From Styela clava (lineage: Eukaryota), in NCBI RefSeq assembly GCF_964204865.1, contig NC_135264.1, forward strand, positions 1,240,001 to 1,304,000: a stretch of DNA of 64,000 bases. Reading direction: 5' to 3'. Shown here piece by piece: positions 53,101 through 64,000 of this stretch. Numbering within the stretch: the stretch's first letter is position 1; each line of letters begins with the position of its first letter. The notes below the pieces were generated by a model. The model made no database searches. It saw only the letters and a program-made list of their open reading frames with translations, and was not told where the DNA came from. Made by a program: the position numbers and the translations under genes.

Positions 53101-56100
53101 TTCAAATCTGCTTTCTACTTGATGAGTTTTAATTCATATTGAAAATTACCATCAGAATTTCAGTGAATGATTTCAATATTTTGACTATATAGGTTAACTT
53201 AAATAAATAACTGTTTGTCTGTTTGTTTCAATATTTCTTATTGGAATATTTTTTTCTCATATCCATTTAGTTTTCAATATCAGTTGAGGTCTCGTATGAT
53301 ATGGCAATTTGCAAAGAATGCCATCGCCCCACTTACGAAATTTGCCGCCAGAAATGCGCAGGACTGCATTTCTCTAATGATTTATTTAAATCAGTGAGTC
53401 GCCTGACAGTCTTGGGTTTCGTCTGTTTTACCTACTTTTGATTTGCTATGACGATTTGAAAATGATCCAGTGAAAGTTGAGCTATTACATGATTTAACAC
53501 ATAGCTATGATAATTGTGCGTGCGTGTGTGTGGCCCCTTTTACGCATGTTTTGTTTTGAACATGAAGCGTACTCAATTTGAAATTCAAGGTCTCGTTCTT
53601 GCGTGGTATGATGCCAGTGTGGTGGTTTGCGTAGGCGTGAATGTCAATTTCATCATAGGCGCGGTAATACCAAACCTTAATCCCGTCTACTAGAAATGCC
53701 AGGTCGTCAAAATAGGAAACCCTATATTTATCTAGTTGTTTTATTTAAAACCGATGGAATTAAATTCAAATTGTATTATGATAAATTGTATTATAATAAC
53801 ATTGTCAAACAGTATCACTCATGAGCAAAAATTAACATCATGCTTAAAATGGGTCGTTCATCCAATTTCGTAACCTAAACGAGTTTATCGCTACAAACCT
53901 TTCTTTCTGATATGCGTACAATTCATACACATCTAAGATTATCCTTACTAATACAAAAATTCCATTTCAAAGATTTTTAGCTTTTCTTTGGCTCTTTCTT
54001 TACTTTATTTTTCTTTATTTTTCATAATCCTTTTCCTCTTTTCTCTTTCTATCTACAAAGCCGCGCGAAGGAGACTACATGAATCAAATGCGTTTGGTAA
54101 GTCAACGAAACTACGCGGCATTATACCTGTGCAATAATATTAGACTAATTGTGCAGAAAGATGCCTTTATTCCTAATGCCTTCACTCATCTACTTTTCGT
54201 TTTCTATATTATACTTGACACTTGACTGGATCTTCTTGTTTGATATCATTTGCTCAGGGTAACTGTTGTCCAGGTCGATTAAATGGTTATAAATTACCAA
54301 TAGAAAAATGCTATAAAATTTTGTCAGACCAGAATTAAATGTAGATATCAAGTTTTAAACGAGGTACGATATATGTATAGTCATGTAAACTCTGTTACTT
54401 ATCGATATGTTTAATTTCAAATTAACGCGCATTTTTTAAGTGAAATGTTTATTTTTAGCCGAGAGAAAAGGGTCGAATGAGATTTCACAGACTTCAAAAT
54501 GTGCAGATAGCTTTAGACTATTTGAAGAAACGAAAGGTAAATTGCATTTTTCTTTAAGCACATACATTTTTGGGTAATTTTTTGGACTATACGTGATCTG
54601 GATAAATTTCCGAATTTCATATTTCAGCTTCGTCTTGTCAATATAAGAAATGACGACATAACAGATGGAAATCCGAAACTCACACTCGGACTTGTGTGGA
54701 CAATCATTCTTCATTTCCAGGCAAGTTATGTGACGTCATCTTACCTTCGGTCCATCTATGACTGCTGATATAATCGTCTTTTGTTATTTATTTGTATTAT
54801 CTGTAACTTTAATTTGTTGCTATTATATTAAAACAATTAATTTTCCTTTCAATTAGATTGAGGACATAGCCGTTGAAGGCGAAGATGATCTTTCTGCAAA
54901 ACAAGCCTTGTTATTGTGGGCTCAACGAAATATGGAAGGATACGACGATATCAGGGTCACCAATTTTACGTCTTCGTGGAGAGACGGAAAAGTTTTTAAT
55001 GCAATTTTACACAGGAATAGGTATTTTTCGTTTTTTTTTTGTATTAAAGAATGAAAATTTCATTTTTATATATTTCATTTTTTATTTTTCCAGACCTGAC
55101 CTCATTGACATGGATCAAGTACGTAAGTCAGACAACAAATCGAATCTAGAAAATGCGTTTTCAGCGCTCGAGAAGGAAGTTGCAGTGACAAGATTGCTGG
55201 ACCCAGAAGGTAGAGTACTTCAGCAAAGATTTATGAATGAAACCCAGCATTTACTTTTTCACCAACGCACGATAAGAGTTCGGTTTCAGCATGATTATAG
55301 ATAGTCGCCGATGTTATTTATATTCATATATTTTTAAAATTCCGATCTGATGTGTCATTTTGTTTATTTCAGCCTCGCCCTACCAATTGTCTCGTTTTGC
55401 ATTTTTGCTTACGAAATACTTTATAAGGTTAGTCAAGGTCATGTACGGAAATCTCTTATGTTTTTCGTATTTGTATACAGATGTTGATGTCGACAAACCA
55501 GACGAGAGATCGTTGATTACGTACGTTTCATCGTTGTACGACGCCTTTCCAAAAGTTCCTCCATTCCCGATTTCAATCACAGTCGAAGTATGTAGAGATA
55601 TTATGATTTTACTGATCTATTTTTTGACATCAATTCTAGAAAATAATAATAATAAAACCTACCAATACAGGGTTACTAGCAAGTTTTTATTTCTTCATGG
55701 ATATTCAATGCTGACCTTGTTGAACTTGTGACATACCAAAACCTGGTGTACTTAGGAATTGCGAATTATTTTTCAGGAATGGCAATTCACTTGGGAAGAA
55801 TATCGAATTCTTGTGACATCAATTCTAGAATGGATTCAGAAACAAATTGTCATTCTACGAAGACGTGAAGGCATACCATGTCAAACAGTGACAGAAGCCA
55901 AAAATTTAATTCACGAAATAAAACTTTTCCAAGAGAACGAGCTAGCTAGAAAAGAGGTGAGAACATCTGGCAATGAAGTATATTATATGTATATCGTTCG
56001 TGACTGTTGTTTGTTAAGTTGTTTGTTGATCATATTTGCTATATGAACATGAACTATGATTCAATATACATGTTATTTTAAAAAGGGTAAATATGCTTTC

Positions 56101-59100
56101 AATATCATCATGCCTCTAATCATACTTTATATCATCATTATCGCTGTTTATTTAGGCGGACAAGAATCTTGTAAGCCCAAAATATTGCGACCTGGAACAA
56201 ATGTCGCAAAAATCATTGGGACGATTTGAAATTCCCGCCGGATATGAACCAGCAAAAGTTGAAGCGGCATGGCAAGAACTGATGGCCGCAAATGATGAAA
56301 GAGAAGGTGTCCTTACAGCTGAATACAGAAGGTACGTCGAACATTTTATTGAATTAGAATTTGTTGGTAAAATTTATTTTATTTTTTATTTTTATTTTTT
56401 TAGATTGGAAAAACTTCATAATCTTGTACTAAAAATCACAAGCGAAGCGAGCGAATGCCGCACAAAACTGGAAGGAGCCGAAAAACTTATTAAAATCGTA
56501 AGTTAACTGGTTAAATATTGACTTTGTTCAATTTTATTGATTATTATTGAATCAACGATTGAGTAAATTGTTCAGCAAACGAGGATTGGAAATAATTTTC
56601 TAGATAGTAACTTTTTTTGCTCTAGAGTAGACATTACTCAATTTTACGTTGTTCTAGATTGAAGCAGAAGGCGATGATTCCGACCAAATGCAAAAACAAG
56701 TTAATGCATTGCTTGGCGACAGCGAAAAAGAAATCCGAGTTATGTTTGTTGACGTACAAACTCTCAAAGATGCCGAATATCATCAAGCAGATGACATGTA
56801 CAAAACGTAAGTTTTGGTGTGTTTATATGAGATTTTAGAGTCAATGTCGATTAATCGCATTTTATGTTTTTTTTTAAATTAGAAAATGATGAAATAAATA
56901 ACAGTTGGTAATATTCTCCATTTGAACTTTTGAATTGGCCCCGACTTGGAAATAATAGGCAATGTAATCCAATGTACGGGTACATCATTTTTCATTTTTT
57001 TCTAAATTTTAGAGTCTTTTTGCTTCACGAAAAGTGGGTCGCACTACGTTCAACCTACACCACTGCACTCAAGGACGCACCGAATGTACGTTCAGCAATT
57101 TTAGCTCGTCTCAGACCCAAACTCCAAGACACAAAAGAATATATTTCTCTTCAAGGTGCTCTAAGATGGGTGGCTGACAAAACGGTAATTTTGTTTTTCT
57201 ATATTTCCGTATATCTCATTATTCTCATGACGTAGTATCGTTTGAATAACATCGTCGTTTTTAAACAGAGGGAAACAGAATCATTTCCACTGGGAGATGA
57301 TCTACCAAAAGTTGAAAACCAGTTGGCTGTGTTCAAAGCATTAGAAGACGAAGTTGATAAATTCAATGCTGACGTTAGAGAGTGTCAGAAAGCAAAGGTA
57401 AATTGTCGCGAAATCATTATTGTTGTAACTGAAGTACGTTTGTGGGAATTTTTATTGAAACTAAATACAAATATATTCTCTTTTTGCAGGATGCTTTTGA
57501 TAAAGGAAGTGAAGATTGTAAGAGATATTGTCAAGATTTGTCACAACTTGAAGTCAACTATTCACTTCTGCAGGTATGCATGGTTTCGGATATTATGATT
57601 GAACTATTGTACAAATGGAAATGTGTTATAATGTATGTTTTATATTGTTAAATAGAATGCCGTGGAGATTCGTGAAGGTCAAATTTCTTCTCTGCTCAAG
57701 TTCATACGTGAAGCAACACAACATCTTATGTGGCTCAATGAAATAGAAGACAACGAAATAAACAGGGATTTTACGCAATATACATCTGACGTTGAACCTC
57801 TCGAGAAACAATTATCTGTACGTAAATTTATGTTTGTTCAACTTTTATATCTAGTAACTTAGTGATGATGTCATATGTTTTATTACGTCATACAGAGAAT
57901 GAAATCGGATGTCCAATCACACGATACTTCATTCAAATCTACCATTCACGACGGGGAACGATTAGTCCACGAAAACCACCCTGCAAGAAATACAGTTCAG
58001 GCTTACCTCACTCAACTAAACAATCAATGGGAATGGATACAGAGTTTAGGATATTGTCTACAGCAACATATACTGCAATTGAACCAGTACCAACAGGTAT
58101 GAGACGGTTTAAACCAGTTTTATTGAAATGGTCAGATGTTACCAAGACATTCTTGGTAATTGGGAGTGAAACGTTTTAGTCATTTTTTTTTATATTATCT
58201 ATTCACGTCGAGGAACGAAATCAATAGATTTCTGTATTTGTTTAGTTTCACACCGATTGCGGAAAAGCCGAGACATTTTTGCGTGATCGCGAATCGGACT
58301 TGGATGAAAAAATGCGTGAAATATCTCCTGATACTGAGCCTGATCGTGCAGAGCATATTTTCCGTGACATATTCGTAAGATGATTTTAATTTATATTTTT
58401 TCAAACGATTTATTTCTAGTTTTTATTATTTATAGTACTAGAAAATACAATTCTATCATATTATTATTTATTACTTAATTTCGCACAATCAACTATTCCA
58501 TATTTTATGAACAAACAATCAAAATTTATATCTTTTCATTTATTTACCACAGTTTGAATTCTCGGTAAGTCAGCTTGTCGAATGCAGAGTGCTTATCTTC
58601 TTCACGTGTGTTTATTCTTGTTTTTCAACATTATTTTCAATGTTAATTATTTATTTGTCTCAGTGTTCTTTTACTTTTAGTTGATGTTTTTATTTTAGCT
58701 CAGCTACCTATATGTCCCTTTTAAATATTTTGAATTAAAATATTATCTTACTGATTAATTTGAAATAAAAGTAGTTGGATTTTCTTAATCTGATTCTTTA
58801 GTTTAGTCTAGAGTTTATCTATGATCTTATCGTCCTTGGATAGAATGAATTTGCTGTATTCGTTGTTTGTGGTTCTTGTAAAACAATCTTGTAAGAAATT
58901 GTATTTGAATGGCCTTACATTCCTGAATTTCTTGCGATATATTTTAAATTTAAATTTACTAACATGTAAAAAAATATGAAAACTTGTCTTTTTTACTCAA
59001 ATTTTTGAAAAATATGTTTTGCATATTGCGCAATTTGAGTAATCTATTTAGGTTTTCTCAATCAATTTAATTTTTCATTAGTAGATGTAATAGGTGTCAA

Positions 59101-62100
59101 AATTATTGAGATGTCGATTTCTAATTTTTCAAGTCAGCTTACTTACATTTAGTTTTAGCGTCTTTTCTTTATTAAATTATGTTAAAATGCCACAATAAAG
59201 AGGCTGTATTGAACACATGCATCTATATCGCCTTTTTCTTTCACTTTTTGAATTAACATTGCGCACTGAATTCAAGTTATCAATAATTATTCATCTTCAT
59301 TTCTGTTATCAGTTTTTTTTTCCGTTTTTCATTTTGGATGATTTTGTTTTGCGTTAAGCTGTAAGTTGAAATGTATTATCAGTGGCGATTTGTAACAACT
59401 GGCAATGTAAGTTGTGTATTTTGAATAAGTTTATTCGAAATTGCTTGAAACTATGATTTGTACGTATCTATACTTAAAACTAAAAGTTTATTTGTCATCT
59501 CTGTATACTGATGTGAATGAATGAACAACTGCAGCATTAAATCGAAAATTGTGACTTTTGTATGATAAAAAAAAACGTAGCAAAAATGAAATTTTTCTCG
59601 CTAACAACTAGATTATATTGAAGAAAACACTTGCTTCTGCATGATCTTTCTCCCATATCGTTTTTGTTTGTTTGGAAGTATTTTCATCTCTCAAACATGC
59701 TGTTAAGTGCATGATCTTAAAAGCTTTTATGAAAATGTTAAAGACTAAAAATAAATTATTTTGAAATATTTTCCCTTGCAGCAAATAAAAGAAGATTTGG
59801 AAAAATTTAAACCAACTGTAACAAACTTGATTGCTCGCAGCAAAGATATACCGTGCGTAGAAGAAAGACCAAACCCGGTTATCAAAGATTCTAAATCGAC
59901 TGTACAAGCTTTGTGTAGTTATAAGCAAATGAATGTAAGAAATGGAACTTTGTGATATTATTTCTTTTTTGTTTTGTTCGTCACGACTTTTTATTGTTTT
60001 ATTTCAGCTTTCTATCGCTAAGAGTGAAGAATGTGCTTTGGTAGACAAACCTCAACCGACGAGATGGGTCGTTATCAACTCCGTTCAACAACAAGGAGAA
60101 GCTCCGTCGGCAATTTTTGTCATACCGCCTCCTAGTGCTAAATCTATCTCTCGCGCCCAGGCTCTAGAACGAGATTATCTGGCGTTTTTGGAATTGTGGC
60201 GTGAAAGACATGCCAGAGTACAGCTATTAGTGGCCATTAACAACCTTCAAAGAAGTATCGGATACGTATCATCGTGGACGGTAGAATCGGTGAGTCAAAA
60301 TATTCGAATAAAATTTGAGCATAGTATTAGTGATGAAAGGTCTGTAATTTTATTACTGTCTTTTTATTCGTTATAGTATCGTCTTTTAAGTCCTATTGAA
60401 CGGGATCAAGCATTGAGGAATTTGAAAGACGGTCTCAAAGGAATTGAAGATACGGAATCAAATGATCCAACCTTGACTGTCAAAATCGCCTCTCTACGCG
60501 TCGAAGTTCAAAGATGTCTAAAACTTGCTGAATCTCTTTCTAAACAAATGGACCAGGGTAAGCAGTTGTGCTAAATATCTTCGTATACGACATTAAACAA
60601 ACCTAAAACTGAATTTGAATTGTTTTATAGATGACAAGGACGAAGAGCAATGCCGTACTTACATTTCACGATTAAACGTAATTCTTCGTCGACTCAACAC
60701 TATTGATGGAGTTGTTTCTGTTCGAGTGAAAACAGCTCTTCCAAGAGACGTCGCTAGTGTGCAACATGTCATCAATGACCACGAGGTAAAGTGATTTTAC
60801 TATTATAATCCGATAGTTTCTGTGGATGATTATGTGTGATTCGATTTTTGACGTTTATGTACTTTATCTTCAGAGCTCAGTGGTTGAACTCAAAACAATC
60901 CAACCTCAGTACGCGGAAGTACGTGAAGGTTCAAAACAAATCATGGAAAGAGAGGATTGTTCTGCTCCATCAAAGGAGGAACTCGGCAATCAACTTGAAG
61001 TAGTTGAGAAAAAATGGGATCGAACATGGAATATTTCTACTCTGTACTTTGACAAGTAAAATAGTTTTTTTTTTATTTGATCAACAGCTGATAAAAACTA
61101 GTTCATGAGAATAATATATCATGTTTTATCCACAGGTTGAAAATGGTCTACGTTGTTGTGCAATCGACAAAAGAAGCGCAAAATATTGTTTCAGGCGTCG
61201 AAACGAAGATTGAAGAAAATAAAGAAATCCCGAAAGATTCGGATAGCTTGAGAAAACAACAAATCATTTACCAGGTTTGTGGAAAGGGTGGCTTTCAATT
61301 TTTTTACTTAATCTATTGCTTCATACCGTGCCTACGGTTTTCCTGAGAAATGGAGAACTCAAGATTAATTGTTATTTAAAATCATTGTTCAATAATAGTA
61401 ACTATGAGTTTCTAGTCTATTTAAAATAGTGTCGTAATACCCAAGATATTTTGTGATCTAATTTTTCGATTATTATTACGTTCTATTTTAACTTGTTTTA
61501 TGTAATGTAGACTGCCAATACAAAGACTCATGTAAGTACTGAAATAAAGTACAAACAACACCACATCACCATTTTCATAGCATCATATTGAGTCTCCTTC
61601 TTCATTTTGCCATTATATTTATATGGGTGACAAAATTATCATTTTTGATGAACTTTCATATTGCGTTAATATGGTTGACATTAAAATTTTTAATTTTACT
61701 GTGCTTTCATTCATTTAGAAAAAAAAAATAATTTTGATAATGAACCATTTATTCTTAGTAGGTTCTGTCTTCGTTTGGCTGGTTAAAAACATTTTGACCT
61801 GCGAAAGTCATCTAAATATAACATTATATATAAGTTTGCATGTGGTGACATGGTCTTGGAATTTCAGAAATATTCATCCTTTAGTACATATCATTCAATG
61901 ATCTGAGTTTTTATTCGATATAGATTACATAATTCAAACAAAGGAAACCATGGGCTTTATTACCTTTAATGTCCTAATGATATTTTGTTGCATTATAAAA
62001 ACAGTGTTGTTTCTAAGCATTAAAACTCGAAGCGACGTTCAAAAATTTTGATGTCAATATGTGTGACTTTTGAGATTAAAACTCCATTAATATGATTGCC

Positions 62101-64000
62101 ACACAGTTTTTGCTACAGACTCCAATAATAAGAAATGACATATTTTGACTAGTGTTAAATTTGTTAATTCTCAATTCAAGGAAATGCGAGACACTCTTGA
62201 AAAGAATCACCCCCTTATCGTAAATCTGCAACGAGATGCCCAAAAGGCGAATGAAATTGGCACCAAACTTGTGAAGGTAGCAAATACCCAAGATAATAAA
62301 GTTACCGAAGACGTGGACGTTCAGAAATATACTGCTGATGTCAAGGACGTCGTAGACAGATGGCAAGTTTGCAAAGTCTTCGTCGATGAAAGGTGATTAT
62401 GGTTTATCTAGTTGTCTAATCCGTACCATGAATCAAATTTGCGTTTAGACGACTTTTTTTCAGTAGTCTACTTTTAATTTTTCAGTCCAATGTAGGTTTA
62501 AAGGGTTTTGAACTTTTTTCATACAATGTTTTACTATACTTTCTTTTTACTTTTTTAAGGTTGACAAAATTCAGCGATTTATTGCCGAAAGCACAGCAAG
62601 GTATGTAAACTTTTTATTTAAAAAAAATACTTGCGAACTCGATAAAGCCATAATTTGAATTTAATTTTCCAGGCGAAGCGGATGAACAGCGAGCTAAATC
62701 TCTAATCGACCGTCTAAATAAATTGCTAGCCACCCTTGACAGCATTTCGACTAGCCAAGAGGCTCAAATGGCAGTTTGGCTGCCACGATCGGTACCGGCA
62801 CTCCAGCAAGCCGAAGATAGTCAAGGAGTATGAATCTTTTTTTTTGATATTTGTGGTTTTTATGAGTTTTCACGACATATGACACTGCTAAAACGAAATG
62901 CTAGGTTCTGACTGTGCAACATTATTTTCCAGACTGTGGTGAAACGAGTCGAAGATTTGAAACCCGAATACGACTCTGCTCAAACTGTCGTAGTTAACTT
63001 CATCAACGAGGAAACCTCTGGCTTGGCACCGAGCATACCGTTCTTACGTGACACACTTCACAAAGTCCAGGAGAAGTGGGCGATTGTATGGCTCATGACG
63101 CACGTTTACTTCGAAAAGTACATATTTTGTAATATATAATGCATAAAGTGATTTGTGATTAATTTATGAATAATGATTTATAGTTAGTTTATCATTATTG
63201 ATTCTAACATTGTAAATATATTAATGACGTCATATATTTACGCCTTTTAGGATCAAAGGACTCCTTTACACACAAAGTGCGATAATCGAATGTGAGAAGG
63301 CGGTATCATCATACGAAAAAATAATTTCAGAAAGATCTCATTCCACGACGGATGTCGATGCGCTACGTAAAAGAAATGACATCTTCCAGGTTTGCTGCAT
63401 TTTACAAGTTATATAAAGAGCCATGTCAAGCAATGTGATTTTTAAAACAGTTTTAGTAATTTTTTCCTATACTTCAATACAATCTCCCTTTTTCTCGTAT
63501 AGAAATTGGCTGCTGACATTCCAGTACACGACTCAAATTTCGATGCTTTGTCAAAAAATCTGATTTCTACTCGCGAAGTTTCTCATCAATTGCCTCCTAC
63601 TATTGCCGATAAATGCAACAGCGATTTGGAAGCTTATTCTAACGATATTGAAGATTTACAACGTCGATGGGAAGAAGCAAAATCGAAACTTACAATGTTG
63701 GCTGATCAAGTGAAAATCCAGCTGCCGAAAATGGAAAAAGGTATTTGGTTTAAAATTTTTACATGAAATTATAATTTCAACTTTGGGAAATGGGATTCTG
63801 TATTGAGAACATCAGAACTGCTATTTATTTAAAGCACTTTGCACGTTACTAAGTATCGTTTTGTGCAAACTCTGCGTGCAAGCACAAACACTCGCTTAAA
63901 TATTGTGATTGAACATAAATTTACCAATAATTTTTTATTTATTAAATATTTTTCTTCTTTAGCTGCTGCTCAAGAACGTTTATTGTCGGATATTCTTTCT
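17015..64000 (+). CDS. Plectin/dystonin/MACF1-family (spectra)plakin gene, 5' part, with multiple alternative first exons; runs off the window
   Basis: Spliced GT-AG exons give one continuous frame with [21 protein letters not shown] (CH1), CH2, plakin spectrin repeats and SH3. An S10 first exon is a plectin hallmark. Other first exons resemble dystonin/MACF1, so paralog identity is not resolved. Confidence 0.95.
17526..17629 (+). CDS. TM-isoform exon A2
   Basis: attgtag|A...GAG|gttagc, 104 nt, phase 2 to 1; [34 protein letters not shown], no stops. Confidence 0.75.
19394..19458 (+). CDS. TM-isoform exon A3
   Basis: ttatttcag|AC...CAG|gtaaat, 65 nt, phase 1 to 0; (D)[21 protein letters not shown]. 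Confidence 0.78.
19643..19774 (+). CDS. TM-isoform exon A4
   Basis: atgcag|GCT...CAG|gttcgt, 132 nt, phase 0 to 0, purine-rich; [44 protein letters not shown]. In phase with the linker exon at 36376. Confidence 0.72.
21918..22445. repeat. Complex local direct repeats
   Basis: ~60-bp GACACCGGTACCGGCACCAGTACCAGTATCGTACTTACG... at ~21918 and ~22247. ~45-bp TAATTGATCACAGAACA... at ~22024 and ~22086. A further degenerate copy runs to ~22445. Confidence 0.85.
22700..22735. repeat. (AAGAAC/AAC)n microsatellite
   Basis: agaacaagaacaagaacaacaagaacaacaac seen directly. Confidence 0.8.
24472..24783 (+). CDS. Alternative N-terminal exon B (acidic, Ser/Thr/Pro-rich, 104 codons)
   Basis: AGCATGG start, disordered-protein composition, AAG|gtaatt donor at phase 0. 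Compatible with the acceptor at 36376, or with aag|ATG at 27351. Confidence 0.7.
27351..30950 (+). CDS. Giant (3600 nt, 1200 codons) low-complexity alternative N-terminal exon C
   Basis: 1205-codon ORF with a strong donor AAG|gtaagg at 30951, exactly on a codon boundary just before the ORF stop. Phase 0 fits the linker exon at 36376. N-half acidic, C-half Ser/Arg/Lys-rich; no recognisable folded domain. Confidence 0.8.
34963..35001 (+). CDS. Short alternative first coding exon D ([13 protein letters not shown])
   Basis: ACTATGG Kozak context, 13 codons, CAG|gtaaat donor at phase 0, 1.4 kb upstream of the phase-0 linker exon. Confidence 0.6.
36376..36520 (+). CDS. Linker exon homologous to the plectin-1c / dystonin-2 / MACF1 N-terminal exon
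   Basis: ttgcag|AGA...CTG|gtgagt, phase 0 to 1; [23 protein letters not shown]...[13 protein letters not shown]. Splicing to 51689 gives [13 protein letters not shown], matching the vertebrate 'TLPWNL...[15 protein letters not shown]' motif. Confidence 0.93.
37068..37221. mobile_element. Short hAT-type MITE
   Basis: TIR CAGTGGTGGGATTCAA / TTGAATCCCACCATTG, internal CCGGTT motifs, degenerate TSD GGTGTATC/GATGTATT. Confidence 0.82.
41055..41160 (+). CDS. Alternative first coding exon E (plectin-1f / dystonin-1-like)
   Basis: ATCATGG start; [35 protein letters not shown]; GAG|gtatgt, phase 1. The junction EEQEAMDAY...FRDERDK parallels the recalled dystonin-1 EEQEYLQAY...YKDERDK. Confidence 0.85.
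41428..41938 (+). mobile_element. hAT internal-deletion derivative retaining the transposase N-terminus
   Basis: TIR CAGTGGCGTAGCA / TGCTACGCCACTG, perfect 8-bp TSD ACAATACG, internal [16 protein letters not shown] stub. Confidence 0.9.
45151..45223 (+). CDS. Alternative first coding exon F (possibly plectin-1a-like)
   Basis: GAGATGG start; [24 protein letters not shown]; G|gtaagt donor at phase 1, fitting the common exon. Confidence 0.72.
49157..50315 (+). CDS. PLEC: Alternative first coding exon G: S10 (plectin/RPS10) domain plus charged disordered extension
   Basis: MLMPK...[15 protein letters not shown]...[55 protein letters not shown] is the RPS10/plectin S10 domain. Donor GAG|gtggaa at 50316 is weak but phase 1, matching the common exon. 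The symbol reflects plectin isoform-1 architecture only. Confidence 0.88.
51689..54720 (+). CDS. Common exons encoding CH1 of the actin-binding domain
   Basis: Exons 51689-51750 (62 nt), 52584-52673 (90), 54459-54536 (78), 54628-54720 (93): [14 protein letters not shown]; [20 protein letters not shown]; [22 protein letters not shown]; [29 protein letters not shown]. Confidence 0.97.
54061..54096 (+). CDS. 36-nt cassette microexon in CH1 (plectin exon 3-alpha equivalent)
   Basis: ~80-nt pyrimidine tract, then aag|CCG...TTG|gtaagt; [12 protein letters not shown], phase 0-0. Confidence 0.85.
54857..55587 (+). CDS. Common exons encoding CH2
   Basis: Exons 54857-55020, 55094-55209, 55481-55587: [11 protein letters not shown]...[25 protein letters not shown]...NLENAF...[30 protein letters not shown]. 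Confidence 0.97.
55777..60557 (+). CDS. Plakin domain, approximately SR1-SR6 with the inserted SH3
   Basis: Phase-consistent exons 55777-55956, 56156-56331, 56404-56497, 56658-56806, 57013-57184, 57269-57397, 57490-57573, 57656-57817, 57896-58096, 58246-58374, 59782-59934, 60008-60289, 60377-60557. Motifs [27 protein letters not shown]...[12 protein letters not shown]. Confidence 0.93.
58553..58564 (+). CDS. Predicted 12-nt microexon (FEFS)
   Basis: ttttcatttatttaccacag|TTTGAATTCTCG|gtaagt, phase 0-0, inside a 1.4 kb intron among ~100-nt introns. Confidence 0.72.
60631..62600 (+). CDS. Plakin SR7-SR8 module, copy 1
   Basis: Exons 60631-60785 (155 nt), 60874-61055 (182), 61136-61274 (139), 62181-62392 (212), 62560-62600 (41). 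Confidence 0.9.
61511..61531 (+). CDS. Predicted 21-nt microexon (TANTKTH)
   Basis: ttgttttatgtaatgtag|ACTGCCAATACAAAGACTCAT|gtaagt, phase 0-0, in an enlarged 0.9 kb intron. Confidence 0.65.
62673..63740 (+). CDS. Plakin SR7-SR8 module, copy 2
   Basis: Exons 62673-62827 (155 nt), 62933-63117 (185), 63251-63389 (139), 63503-63740 (238). Same intron phases and similar motifs as copy 1. Confidence 0.88.
63963..64000 (+). CDS. Next core exon (truncated by the window end)
   Basis: ttcttctttag|CT, phase 1; (A)[12 protein letters not shown]. Confidence 0.8.
   Translation, partial: MLLKNVYCRIFF

Overview
This is AT-rich eukaryotic DNA with short introns. My inference is a non-vertebrate chordate, most likely an ascidian. 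From about 17 kb onward the + strand carries the 5' part of one plectin/dystonin/MACF1-family (spectra)plakin gene. A 30-exon common core (51689 to >64000) encodes CH1-CH2, the plakin spectrin repeats and SH3. Upstream lies a ~35 kb array of at least 7 alternative N-termini, all phase-compatible with the core. They are a 4-exon transmembrane/Cys-cluster N-terminus (dystonin-a2-like), an acidic exon, a 3.6 kb disordered giant exon, a 13-codon exon, a plectin-1f/dystonin-1-like exon, a plectin-1a-like exon, and an intronless near-full-length RPS10-derived exon. The first four feed a 'LPWN...AERAVIRIA' linker exon. The core holds three frame-preserving microexons (36, 12, 21 nt), one GC-AG intron and a tandem exon-module duplication of the SR7-SR8 pair. 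Bases 1-17 kb look non-coding, with several non-autonomous DNA transposons, including nested hAT MITEs. Exons were assigned by hand from splice sites and reading phase. Vertebrate comparisons are recalled from memory and need alignment.
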